From contig CAVVMA010000015.1 in assembly GCA_963749215.1 (NCBI GenBank), positions 67,467-131,466 of the forward strand: DNA of 64,000 nucleotides, written 5' to 3'. This DNA is from an uncultured delta proteobacterium (lineage in GTDB: Bacteria > Desulfobacterota > Binatia > Binatales > Binataceae). Made by a program: the position numbers and the translations under genes. Shown here one piece after another: positions 55,760 through 64,000 of this stretch. The notes beneath the pieces are model-generated. The model saw nothing but the letters and a program-made list of their open reading frames with translations. It did not search any database and was not told the origin of the DNA. Position 1 is the stretch's first letter; every line of letters starts with the position of its first letter.

Positions 55760-58238
55760 GGCGCGGAACCATCTGCGGCGTCTGCGGCGCCGGACGCGAC
55801 GCGGAATCCACCTTGGGCTGCGGCCTCTTCGACACAGGCGGCGAGAATCGCGGGAATACCGGTCGCGCGCGAGGCTGCGACGATTGCGAACGCGGCAGCA
55901 ACAAATGCGAGCACGATCAGGCCGCCCAACCATGAAGCTCCCGCGATCAGCAGGAGCAGGACGAGCACGCCCGCTGCGATCGCGATCGCGCGGCGGTCCA
56001 CGTCCAGCCGCCATCGAAGCGCGATTCGTCCGCCGCCTTCGTCGACGGCGTTAAGCGGAATCCGTATCGCCGGCGGAAGCAGGATTTGCAGGTCATAGGG
56101 CTGAAACCCGTCGCTCGGCGCAGCGGCGACGCCGCTTCGGATCAGGCCCGCGCGGACCGAATCGAGCAGCGCCCGGGTCGCGAGCGGAGCACCGCCGTCC
56201 GCATGATTGGCGATCAGCACGATCCCGCCGCGCATCTTGAGGGTTGGCGGCGGCTCGCCCGCAGGCGCGCGCCGCGGTTCGAGGTGAAATTTGACCCGCT
56301 CGCGCGCGATGCTGCGCACCAGCGGGCCGAGGATGAACAGCGCGGCGAGTATCGCGCGCGTGAGCGGACCCGAACGAGCGCGATCGAGCGGCGCGCTTGC
56401 GGCGGCGGCGATCGCGCACGCGATCGAAACCACGATTCCCGCCAGGCCGATGAAAGCGAGCGGACGACTCAGCGCGCCGGCGACGATCAGCGCGGTCGAG
56501 GCCGCAATCCAGTCGATCGATAGCGGAATCTGGAGAGCGGGCGGCATCCCGGGGCCGGGATACAGGCTCTGGAAGAGGCCGCGGCCGAATGCGCCGTAGT
56601 AGATTCGTCCGCCGCCGAAGAGACCGCTCAGGCTCGCGAGGCTGCCGTAGACGCCGTCGCCGTCAAGGGCGCGGAGCGGATACTTGCGGAACAGCAAGCC
56701 CTCCGCGGCGCCGTAGCCGCGCTGCTGCGCGAGATACTCGCGCATCGTCGAACGGCGATCGTGAATGACGATCGCGCCCGGCGCCGACGCGAGCGCGGCG
56801 CCGCCGTCGCGGATACCGCCATGAGAGATCGACGTCGTCGCCCGCGGCCGTGAACATCGGATCGAAGCCGCCGATCTTTTCGAGCACCGTCTTTTCAAGC
56901 GCCATATTGCAGCCGCACAGTTGCGCGAGCGCGTCGTCACCGGCGCGCACCTCACGCGGAGCGCCGGGCGCGGCCGCGATCGCCGCCGCGATCCGCGAGC
57001 CGGCGGGCGGGGGAAAGTTCGGGCCGCCGGCGGCGGTCCGCTTGCGCATCACGGTCTCCGCCAGATGGTATAGCCAGTCGCGATCGGCGCGCGCGTCGGC
57101 GTCGATGAAGGCGACGATTTCGCCTCGCGCCGCGTCGATTCCGGCGTTGCGCGCCGCACCCAGTCCCAGGTGGTCGCGGCGCACGCACCGCACGCCGGCG
57201 GCCTCGGCGATCTGCGCCGTCGAGTCGGTCGAACCGTCATCTACAACGATAGTTTCGTAATCGGGATAGTTGAGATCGCCGAGCGAAGACAGGCAGGCGC
57301 CGAGCGTCCGTTCAGCGTTGCAAGCTGCGACCACGACCGACACCTTCGGCGCGGCCTCGAGCGCCGGTGGCAGATCGCTTTTGAAGACTTCCGCGACGAC
57401 GTTGAAGGCGGGCTTGGGTTTGCGATCGCGAGTGACTAATCCAAAGGCCCAATCGGTAATCTCGCTTCCGCCGCGGTACCATTCGTCGGTGAACGCAAAG
57501 ACCACCAGGCCCGAGAGACCCATCTCGAACGCGGCGCGCGCCTGCCATTTGAGAAACCCGGCCTGCGAATTCTCGCCCTCGCGAATCGTGTCGATTCCGG
57601 TTTCGCTGAGCACCACCGGCAGGTCTCCGCTGAGCGCCATCACGTGGGTCAGGTAGCGGCGGAAGTCATTCTCGCGATGCAGGTAAACGTTGAAGGAGAG
57701 AAAGTCGAGGAAATCGAGGTCCAGGTATTCGGTCGACGGATAGTTCGCGTAGGTGAAAAGGCCGTCGGGATCGATCTGCTTGCCGAGATCGCGCAGCTCG
57801 GCGATAAACCGGCCGATCGCGCGCGGCGCCGTGCCATCGCACGATGTCCGATCGGATCTCGTTGCCGAGCGTGTAGGCGAAAATCGCGTCGCGAAACGGC
57901 TGCATCCCGGAGACGGTCTTTGCGATCGTCATCCGGATATCGCGAACCAGATCGGGCGAGTCGAGAAACGCCAGGTGAGAGGCCCACGGAATTCCGACCA
58001 TCACGCGCAGCCCGCACTTTGCCGCCTGCTCCATCATCCAGGGCGGCGGCGGCTCGTAAGTCCGCACCACGTTCGCGCCCAGCTCGCGCATCAGGGCAAG
58101 GTCCGCGCCGGCGCGCTCGGGCTCGGGAAAGGGCTCGCCGCGCGAATTGGGCGCGAAGGTGCCGTACGACACGCCGCGCGCGTAAAACTTGCGTTCGCCC
58201 TCGAATAGATACTTGTTGCAAGCGGTCAGCGGGGCCAT
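55756..58238 (-). CDS. Fusion of a clan GH-A-like glycoside hydrolase, a family-2 glycosyltransferase and a C-terminal multi-TM region; two apparent 1-nt frameshifts (near 57820 and 56815)
   Basis: GH part: GANVVRTY, YTLGNE, VVLSETG, FAFTDEW. GT2 part: VSVVVAACNAE, IVVDDGSTD, AFIDADA, GDDVDLSWR. After a shift: IRDGGAALASAPGAIVIHDRRSTMREYLAQQRGYG, then TM helices. Confidence 0.75.
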
Positions 58239-58343
58239 TGCGATGAGCTAATCGCAAAGCCCGATGCGGCGCAACGCGATCGCGCCCGCGCCGTCGCGCG
58301 AACGGTTTCCTCCGTCCGCGCAGTCTCTTAGTATCTCCCAGTC

Positions 58344-59207
58344 ATGCAAACAATCGTACCAGCCGGCGAGCCCAAAGACGGCTACCTGGAAGTCAACGGC
58401 ATCCGGCTGCACTATATCGATTGGGGCGGGAGCGGCGCGCCGATCGTGATCCTGCACGCCACCGGCTTCCTCGGCCGAATCTACCGGCCGATCGCCACGG
58501 CGCTCGGCGCGATCGGCCACGTCTACAGCTACGACCAGCGCGGTCACGGCGACAGCGGACCTTCGCCGGACGGAGAATACAATTGGGAGCGCACGATGGA
58601 CGACCTCGCGGGGTTCATCGCGGCGATGGGCTTTGGGAGCGTGTGCGGCTTCGGCCATAGCGCCGGCGCAACCGCGATCGGTTCGCTGGCGAGCGCGCGA
58701 CCCGATCTGATCAGCCGCGCGGTGCTGGTCGAGCCCGTGATTTTCGAATCGGCGGAGTCGCGGGAGCTCGGCTGGCGCAATCCGTTCATCGATCGGACGC
58801 TCAAGCGCCGGCGCGTCTTCGACAGCGTGGACGCGATGTTCCGGAACTTCGAACACAAGTTCCCCTACGCCACCTGGCGCAAGGAGATCCTGCGCGACTA
58901 CTGCGAATACGGCACGCGCCCCAATGCCGAGGGCAAGCGCGAGCTCAAGTGTCTGCCGGAGATCGAGGCGCGCTTCTACCAGACCTCGGGCGATTTCGAC
59001 GGGATGGGGCGAATCCTGCGCTGCGAAGTTCCGCTGCTGATCATGTTCGGCCAGCGCGGCGACTCGCCCGCCGCGTCGCTGACCGGGAAGGTCGCCGCCG
59101 GTCTGAAGCACGGCCGGGTGGTCGACTTTCCGGACGCGGGCCATTTCATTCCGATGGAGCAGCCGGAGGAAGTGTCTCGCCTCGCAGTCGAGTTTCTGAG
59201 CCAATAG
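58344..59207 (+). CDS. Alpha/beta hydrolase
   Basis: IVILHATGF, GFGHSAGA nucleophile elbow, DAGHFIPMEQPEE. Confidence 0.85.
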   Translation: MQTIVPAGEPKDGYLEVNGIRLHYIDWGGSGAPIVILHATGFLGRIYRPIATALGAIGHVYSYDQRGHGDSGPSPDGEYNWERTMDDLAGFIAAMGFGSVCGFGHSAGATAIGSLASARPDLISRAVLVEPVIFESAESRELGWRNPFIDRTLKRRRVFDSVDAMFRNFEHKFPYATWRKEILRDYCEYGTRPNAEGKRELKCLPEIEARFYQTSGDFDGMGRILRCEVPLLIMFGQRGDSPAASLTGKVAAGLKHGRVVDFPDAGHFIPMEQPEEVSRLAVEFLSQ

Positions 59208-59228
59208 ACGGCTACCTCGCGCACGCGA

Positions 59229-59990
59229 TCAATCAAGGCGCGGAACCGAGCAGGGCGCCCAACCGAGCATATCTTGCGCTTCGGCGGTGTAAACGCCGGG
59301 TTCCGAATACAGCGCGAGCGGCGGCTCGATTTTCACCTCGATGCCGCCGCCCTTTGCCGCCGCGACCAGGATCGTCGAGGCGGGAAGCCCGATTCGCGGA
59401 TGGACGAAGCGGATTCGCTTGGGCTCGAGCGCGTGCGCCCGAAGCAACGCAATCAGCTCCGCGCTGCGAGGCGCCGCGAACACGATCGCTATCGTGGCGC
59501 CGAAGCGCGCGTAGCGCGCCGCCGCGCCGATGAAATCGGCGAGCGAGCCCTCAGCCGAGCCGCGCGCGATACGGCGGCTGCGATTGGGGCTTTCGCGGCC
59601 GCTGCCGCGCGCGTGATAAGGCGGATTGGCAACCACCAGATCGAAACTACCGGGCTTAAGGCCCGCGATTTTCCGCTTGCGCAGATCGGCGTGGACCACC
59701 GAGACTTGCGCGAGCGAGTTCAAATCTGCGTTGCGCGCGATCAGTGCCGCCATCGCGGGCTGGATTTCCATCGCGACGACCTCGCGCGCGCCGTAGATCG
59801 CCGCGAGCATCATCGACACCACGCCGCATCCGGCGCCCAGCTCCAGCACCCGATCGCGCCGGCGAGCGCGCGCGAAGCGCCCCAGCAGGATCGCTTCGAC
59901 CGAGAAACGATAGCCGTCGCGCGGCTGGAGGATACGAAGCTGCCCGCCTAAGATTGAATCGAGAGTCTCCGGATTGTTGGTCGCTTTCAT
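59229..59990 (-). CDS. tRNA (adenine-N6)-methyltransferase, YfiC/TrmN6-like
   Basis: LRILQPRDGYRFSVEAILL, VLELGAGCG, VVANPPYH. Confidence 0.8.
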   Translation of the reverse strand: MKATNNPETLDSILGGQLRILQPRDGYRFSVEAILLGRFARARRRDRVLELGAGCGVVSMMLAAIYGAREVVAMEIQPAMAALIARNADLNSLAQVSVVHADLRKRKIAGLKPGSFDLVVANPPYHARGSGRESPNRSRRIARGSAEGSLADFIGAAARYARFGATIAIVFAAPRSAELIALLRAHALEPKRIRFVHPRIGLPASTILVAAAKGGGIEVKIEPPLALYSEPGVYTAEAQDMLGWAPCSVPRLD

Positions 59991-60192
59991 GGATGCCGCC
60001 GAGAAGGGCGAACGCTACGCCAGGATTTTTCGCAAAGCCGGAGTCTTCCTGGCCAAGGGCAACATAGCGCGCGCGGTCGCGGCGCTTAAGGAGGGCCATT
60101 CAATCGCCATCGATCTTGGCGACCTCAAGATGGCGGAGCGCTTCGCGGCCGAAATCGCCCGCGCCGAAGAACCCCCCGATTCCGAGGCATAA
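59989..60192 (+). CDS. Small hypothetical helical protein
   Basis: 67 codons with GC-rich third positions. The ATG shares the CATG with the divergent methyltransferase start. Confidence 0.35.
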   Translation: MDAAEKGERYARIFRKAGVFLAKGNIARAVAALKEGHSIAIDLGDLKMAERFAAEIARAEEPPDSEA

Positions 60193-60333
60193 TCGCGCCT
60201 GTGCCCGGTCCGCCTCGCACCGGACGCTTGACGCCGTGCAGTTCGTACTTACCTTCAAATCAGGCCGCCAAAGAGCGGCATCAGAAATCAAATAAGACCG
60301 GCGAGCGATTGCGCCGGTCGGAGGGATTAACCA

Positions 60334-60756
60334 ATGGAACTTTGGGTAGACAACGGATGGACCGGAAATGGGCCGTGGCGTGGGGCTCTGGATGGGCTTC
60401 TGCGCGAGAGCGGCGCGACTGATCATATCGTGCCGGCGGCGGATGTGACGGAAGACCCGAACGGCTACCATTTCTACTTCGAGATTCCGGGCATGACGAG
60501 CGAGTCGATTGATGTCCGGGTCGAGGATGACAGCTTGGTGGTCGAGGCGGAGCGCAAGCGTCCGGAATGGGCGAAGGACACCGAGATTCATCGCACCGAG
60601 CGTTTCTACGGCCGCGTCCATCGCAGCTTCCGGCTGCCCGAGGACGCCCGCCACGAGGACATCCGCGCGGCTTATCGCGAGGGAGTTCTCGAGGTCACGG
60701 TCGGCAAGCGTCCGGAGGCCAAACCGATCCGGGTGAAAGTCGAGCGCGAGAACTAA
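60334..60756 (+). CDS. Hsp20 / alpha-crystallin small heat-shock protein
   Basis: PAADVTEDPNGYHFYFEIPGM, FYGRVHRSFRLPEDA, AAYREGVLEVTV. Confidence 0.92.
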   Translation: MELWVDNGWTGNGPWRGALDGLLRESGATDHIVPAADVTEDPNGYHFYFEIPGMTSESIDVRVEDDSLVVEAERKRPEWAKDTEIHRTERFYGRVHRSFRLPEDARHEDIRAAYREGVLEVTVGKRPEAKPIRVKVEREN

Positions 60757-60912
60757 ATGCTCGCGCGCCGTGGCCGCACGCTGTATAGAAAAAAGCTCCC
60801 TCTCTCTTCTTTCGGCGATGCGGCTGCGGCGCGCACTTTCCGGCCTGTGATAAAATCGACGTTCGGCAATCAGGGCATGTGGCCCGAACGATCGAGAAGG
60901 CGGTAAATCAAG

Positions 60913-61488
60913 ATGAGTTCGATGGCGGGGCTGATTGTCTTTGTTGCGATCGTCGGTTACCTGGTCGTTGCTTACAACTCACTGGTCAGCCTGCGCAATC
61001 AGGTTGACAACTCGTGGCGGCAGATCGAGGTTCAGCTCAAGCGCCGTCACGATCTGATTCCCAACCTGGTCGAGGCGGTCAAAGGCTACATGCAGTTCGA
61101 GCGCGACACGCTCAACCAGGTGGTCGAGGCGCGCAACCGGGCGGTCAATGCGCCCGACAAAGCCTCGCAGATGGCGGCCGAAAACCAGATAAGCGCCGGG
61201 ATGGGACGGCTGCTGGCCGTGATGGAAAACTACCCGCAACTGAAGGCCGACGAGAACGTGCTCAAGTTGCAGGAGGAACTGACCACCACGGAAAACCAGA
61301 TCGCGTTCTCGCGCCAGGCCTACAACGACGTCGTGATGGAGCTCAACACCAAAGTCGAAACCTTCCCGACCAACATCATCGCCAACAATTTCGGCTTCAA
61401 GGGCGCAGAGTACTTCAAGGCCGCGCCTGGCGACGACGCGCTGCCCAAGGTCGATCTCGCGCTTGGCGCTCCTGCTCCCAAGGCCTGA
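60913..61488 (+). CDS. lemA: LemA family protein
   Basis: YNSLVSLRNQVDNSWRQIEVQLKRRHDLIPNLV, YPQLKADENV, YNDVVMELNTKVETFP. Confidence 0.92.
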   Translation: MSSMAGLIVFVAIVGYLVVAYNSLVSLRNQVDNSWRQIEVQLKRRHDLIPNLVEAVKGYMQFERDTLNQVVEARNRAVNAPDKASQMAAENQISAGMGRLLAVMENYPQLKADENVLKLQEELTTTENQIAFSRQAYNDVVMELNTKVETFPTNIIANNFGFKGAEYFKAAPGDDALPKVDLALGAPAPKA

Positions 61489-61527
61489 GCCCGTCCCACT
61501 GACGGGCGAACAATCCGCGCAGCTCTC

Positions 61528-62541
61528 ATGACGGCGCAAAGCACCGACTTTCGGGCGCTCGAGCGGGAGAACCGGGGCGATACGATCCGGCTGGTCGTGG
61601 TGTTCATCGTTCTGTTCACCGCGCTGGGCTTTGGCTTCGACTTCGTCCTCGGCAATGTGCGGCTGGTCGATAGCGGCGGACTCGCAGGCTTCCCGATTCT
61701 CACCATCGCAGCGCTGATCATCGCGACGATCCAGTCGATCGCTTCGTACTACGGAGGCGCGTCGCTCGTGCTGCTGTCGACGCACGCCCAGGCGCTGACT
61801 GTGGATTCGCCCAAGCATCAGATGGTCCTCGACGTGGTGCGCGAGATGGCGCTGGCGGCGCGGATGCCGGTTCCAACCGCCTATATAATCGACGACCCGG
61901 CGCCCAACGCTTTCGCCACCGGCCGCGATCCGGCCCATTCCGTGGTTTGCGTCACGCAAGGCCTAGTCGATCAGATGGACCGCGAGGAAATGCAGGGCGT
62001 GCTCGGGCACGAGATGGCGCACGTGCGCGACTACGATATCCGAACGATGACGATGATCGCCGTGCTGGTCGGCGGAATCGCGCTGCTCTCGGATTTTTTC
62101 TATCGATATAGTTTGTTCGGAGGAATCGGCGGATCGCGCCGGCGCGACGGCGATCGCGACGCGGGCGCGGTGGGCGCCGTAATCATGATCGCGGTGTTCA
62201 TCCTGGCCGCGCTTGCGCCGATCTTTGCGCAATTGCTCGCGATGGCGGTGTCGCGCGAGCGCGAATATCTGGCCGACGCCGCCTCGGTCGAATTCACCCG
62301 CAACCCACGTGCGCTGCTGAGGGCGCTGGAGCGTATCGCGCAGGTGGAATCGCCAATGGCGCACGCCTCGCGCGGCGTCGCCCATCTTTTCATCGTGAAT
62401 CCGCTTCAGGGCGCGCGTGATGACGAGGGGGGATTCTTCAGCAATCTGCTCTCGACGCATCCGCCGCTGAGCAAGCGAATCGCGCGCCTGCAAGCACTGG
62501 CGGGCGAAGCGCCGCCCGCGCCGCAAAGCGCAGGCGCCTAG
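61528..62541 (+). CDS. M48-family (HtpX-like) metallopeptidase
   Basis: PNAFATG, GVLGHEMAHV, SREREYLADA, HPPLSKRI. Confidence 0.9.
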   Translation: MTAQSTDFRALERENRGDTIRLVVVFIVLFTALGFGFDFVLGNVRLVDSGGLAGFPILTIAALIIATIQSIASYYGGASLVLLSTHAQALTVDSPKHQMVLDVVREMALAARMPVPTAYIIDDPAPNAFATGRDPAHSVVCVTQGLVDQMDREEMQGVLGHEMAHVRDYDIRTMTMIAVLVGGIALLSDFFYRYSLFGGIGGSRRRDGDRDAGAVGAVIMIAVFILAALAPIFAQLLAMAVSREREYLADAASVEFTRNPRALLRALERIAQVESPMAHASRGVAHLFIVNPLQGARDDEGGFFSNLLSTHPPLSKRIARLQALAGEAPPAPQSAGA

Positions 62542-63014
62542 CGGTTGCGCCCCTTCAGTGCGCGTTCGATCTCGCGGCGGGTGTCTTTCTTCGCGATCGC
62601 GGCGCGCTTGTCGTATGAGCGTTTGCCCTTCACCAGCGCGATCTCGACTTTGGCCCGGCCGCGCTTGAAGTAGATCCTGAGCGGCACCAGCGTATGGCCC
62701 TGATCGCGCACGCGAGCCCACAGGCGATCGATCTCGCGGCGATGCATCAGCAGCTTGCGCGGCCGGGTCTCCTTGTGGCTGAACTGGCCGGCGGGAGCGT
62801 AAGGTTGAATGTTGATGCCGATCAGGAAGCACTCGCCGTCCTTGATTCGCGCGTAGCTGTCGCGCAGGTTGACGCGATGGGCGCGCAGCGCCTTGACCTC
62901 GGTGCCGAGCAGCGCCAGGCCGGCCTCGAGCGTGTCCTCGATAAAGAAATCGTGGCGCGCCTTGCGGTTCTCGGCGACCAGCTCGTAGCCGTCACGCTCG
63001 GTCTTTTCAGCCAT
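62538..63014 (-). CDS. smpB: SsrA-binding protein
   Basis: ENRKARHDFFIEDTLEAGLAL.GTEVK, LLMHRREI, LVPLRIYFKRGRAKVEIALVKGK. Confidence 0.96.
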   Translation of the reverse strand: MAEKTERDGYELVAENRKARHDFFIEDTLEAGLALLGTEVKALRAHRVNLRDSYARIKDGECFLIGINIQPYAPAGQFSHKETRPRKLLMHRREIDRLWARVRDQGHTLVPLRIYFKRGRAKVEIALVKGKRSYDKRAAIAKKDTRREIERALKGRNR

Positions 63015-63166
63015 CGCCCCGCGAGTTTACCGATCTATACGGCCCGAAATAAGGCGGCCCGAAATAAGCCCGCGCGATCGGCATTGCGCGAAGCGTGGAT
63101 CGGACTTAGATTGAGGGTGCGTAGCCGCTACGGCGATCGTTCGTGGTCACGCGTCGTATGTTGTCT

Positions 63167-63523
63167 GGGGGCGAAATGGGTTCGACGGAGAAAATAAGGT
63201 TCTGGTCGCACGCCGGGTTCTGTCATCCCGTAAAAAGACAGACTGCGAAATTTAACCGCAGCAGATAATGGGTTCGCTCTAGCGGCCTAACGGCCGCTAG
63301 CGTCTCGCCGCTGCTCGCCCGTGGCAGCGGGTCGAGATGTCATTTAATGGGCTAGGGGACCGCAGTTTACCGGTTGGGCGGTCTTCCGAAACTTCAAGCG
63401 GCTGGCTTTCCGGTAGCCCGTCCACAGGCGCCCGGACGGCGAGCTCCAAATTGCGGACTAAGCGTGTAGTGGCCATCTCCTGACGATCTTCGGACGGGGG
63501 TTCGATTCCCCCCGCCTCCACCA
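63167..63523 (+). ncRNA. ssrA: tmRNA (SsrA)
   Basis: 5' GGGGGCGAAATGGGTTCGACGG. 3' GGACGGGGGTTCGATTCCCCCCGCCTCCACCA. The acceptor stem has the G3:U pair. The tag ORF GCA GCA GAT AAT GGG TTC GCT CTA GCG GCC TAA (63258-63290) encodes AADNGFALAA. Confidence 0.95.
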
Positions 63524-63555
63524 ATTCACGGTTCAACACAGTCCAGCGACGTGCA

Positions 63556-63582
63556 AAAAGCCCCCGAAATAGGGGCTTTTCG
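63556..63582 (+). terminator. Rho-independent terminator after ssrA
   Basis: AAAAGCCCC-CGAAATA-GGGGCTTTT. Confidence 0.7.
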
Positions 63583-63623
63583 CTTATTCTCCGTCCGATA
63601 GTGTCCAGAGCCGTCCGTTGACA

Positions 63624-63695
63624 GTTACCCCCAAAAGGGGGTAGGAATGGGGGTAACTCGCCTGATGGATGAGAGCGGGATTTGGAGTTACCCCC
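63624..63695. repeat. Three copies of the 9-mer GTTACCCCC (two direct, one inverted) directly upstream of the integrase ATG
   Basis: GTTACCCCC at 63624-63632, GGGGGTAAC at 63649-63657, GTTACCCCC at 63687-63695, plus a degenerate GGGGGTAGG at 63637-63645. Confidence 0.8.
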
Positions 63696-64000
63696 ATGAG
63701 CAGACTATGCAGGCCGCTGACTGATGTGCAGATCAGGAACGCCAAGCCCAGCCCGAGACCCCGAAAATTATTTGATGGTCGAGGGCTCTATCTGTTGCTC
63801 ACCCCGACCGGTGGGCGGTGGTGGCGCCTCAAGTACCGAGCGCCCGACGGCAGGGAGAAACTTCTGTCGCTGGGTACCTATCCCGAAGTGGGATTGAGAG
63901 AAGCACGGGACACCCGTGATGAGAAGCGGAAGCTCCTGAGGTCAGGAATCGATCCGACCGAACAGCGGAAGGAAGCGAAGGCCGCGGCGATCGTGGCGGA
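63696..64000 (+). CDS. int: Tyrosine integrase, P4-type (DUF4102 arm-binding N-terminus); partial, runs off the right edge
   Basis: My translation gives MSRLCRPLTDVQIRNAKPSPRPRKLFDGRGLYLLLTPTGGRWWRLKYRAPDGREKLLSLGTYPEVGLREARDTRDEKRKLLRSGIDPTEQRK. Not in the ORF track because it has no stop. Confidence 0.9.
   Translation, partial: MSRLCRPLTDVQIRNAKPSPRPRKLFDGRGLYLLLTPTGGRWWRLKYRAPDGREKLLSLGTYPEVGLREARDTRDEKRKLLRSGIDPTEQRKEAKAAAIVA

Noticed and set aside
60200-60333. Heat-shock (sigma32) promoter or ROSE-like thermometer upstream of hsp20
   Set aside because: CTTGACG is present, but I could not find a convincing CCCCAT-type -10 or a ROSE hairpin masking the RBS.
63297-63539. An 80-aa ORF on the minus strand
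   Set aside because: It lies entirely inside the tmRNA gene.

Overview
This is a high-GC bacterial chromosomal segment (about two-thirds G+C by eye). All calls come from reading the sequence and the ORF track and from remembered family motifs; no database search was run.

Most of the window is ordinary housekeeping and metabolic genes:
- ggt, two enoyl-CoA hydratases, an acyl-CoA dehydrogenase with a phosphotransferase
- a three-subunit xanthine-dehydrogenase-family operon
- mtnA, ppk1, alaS, phoH-ybeY-lnt, prfB, panE, coaE, hsp20, lemA with an M48 peptidase, and smpB-ssrA

RNA genes are tRNA-Ser(GGA) at 7203-7294 (-) and tmRNA at 63167-63523 (+). I found no rRNA and no CRISPR array. Long antisense ORFs in the track are high-GC shadows.

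Lower-GC accessory islets interrupt this backbone:
1. About 2.0-7.2 kb: a decayed island abutting the 3' end of tRNA-Ser. It holds an S53 peptidase fragment, a broken serine recombinase, an intact IS630 with TA duplication, and a Lit/ImmA-like HExxH protease.
2. 14.5-16.9 kb: a compact three-gene cassette (Zn-ribbon plus a nucleoside-deoxyribosyltransferase/TIR/SLOG-like Rossmann protein, a winged-helix protein, and a small DUF6941-like protein). This is my best candidate for an undescribed conflict or defence module.
3. 21.05-26.64 kb: a segment of truncated and frameshifted genes bracketed by a perfect 21-bp direct repeat.
4. 36.2-37.4 kb: a GAF-like orphan gene pair.
5. From 63.5 kb: a P4-type integrase immediately after tmRNA, marking the start of an island that leaves the window.

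Other oddities:
- An ECF sigma gene and an Ada-like methyltransferase lie in one frame, separated only by a TGA.
- An AbiGi-like protein sits in the slot normally held by corC between ybeY and lnt.
- VapBC and HicAB flank that housekeeping block.
- There are at least 8 apparent single-nucleotide frameshifts in otherwise intact genes. This may reflect assembly indels rather than biology.
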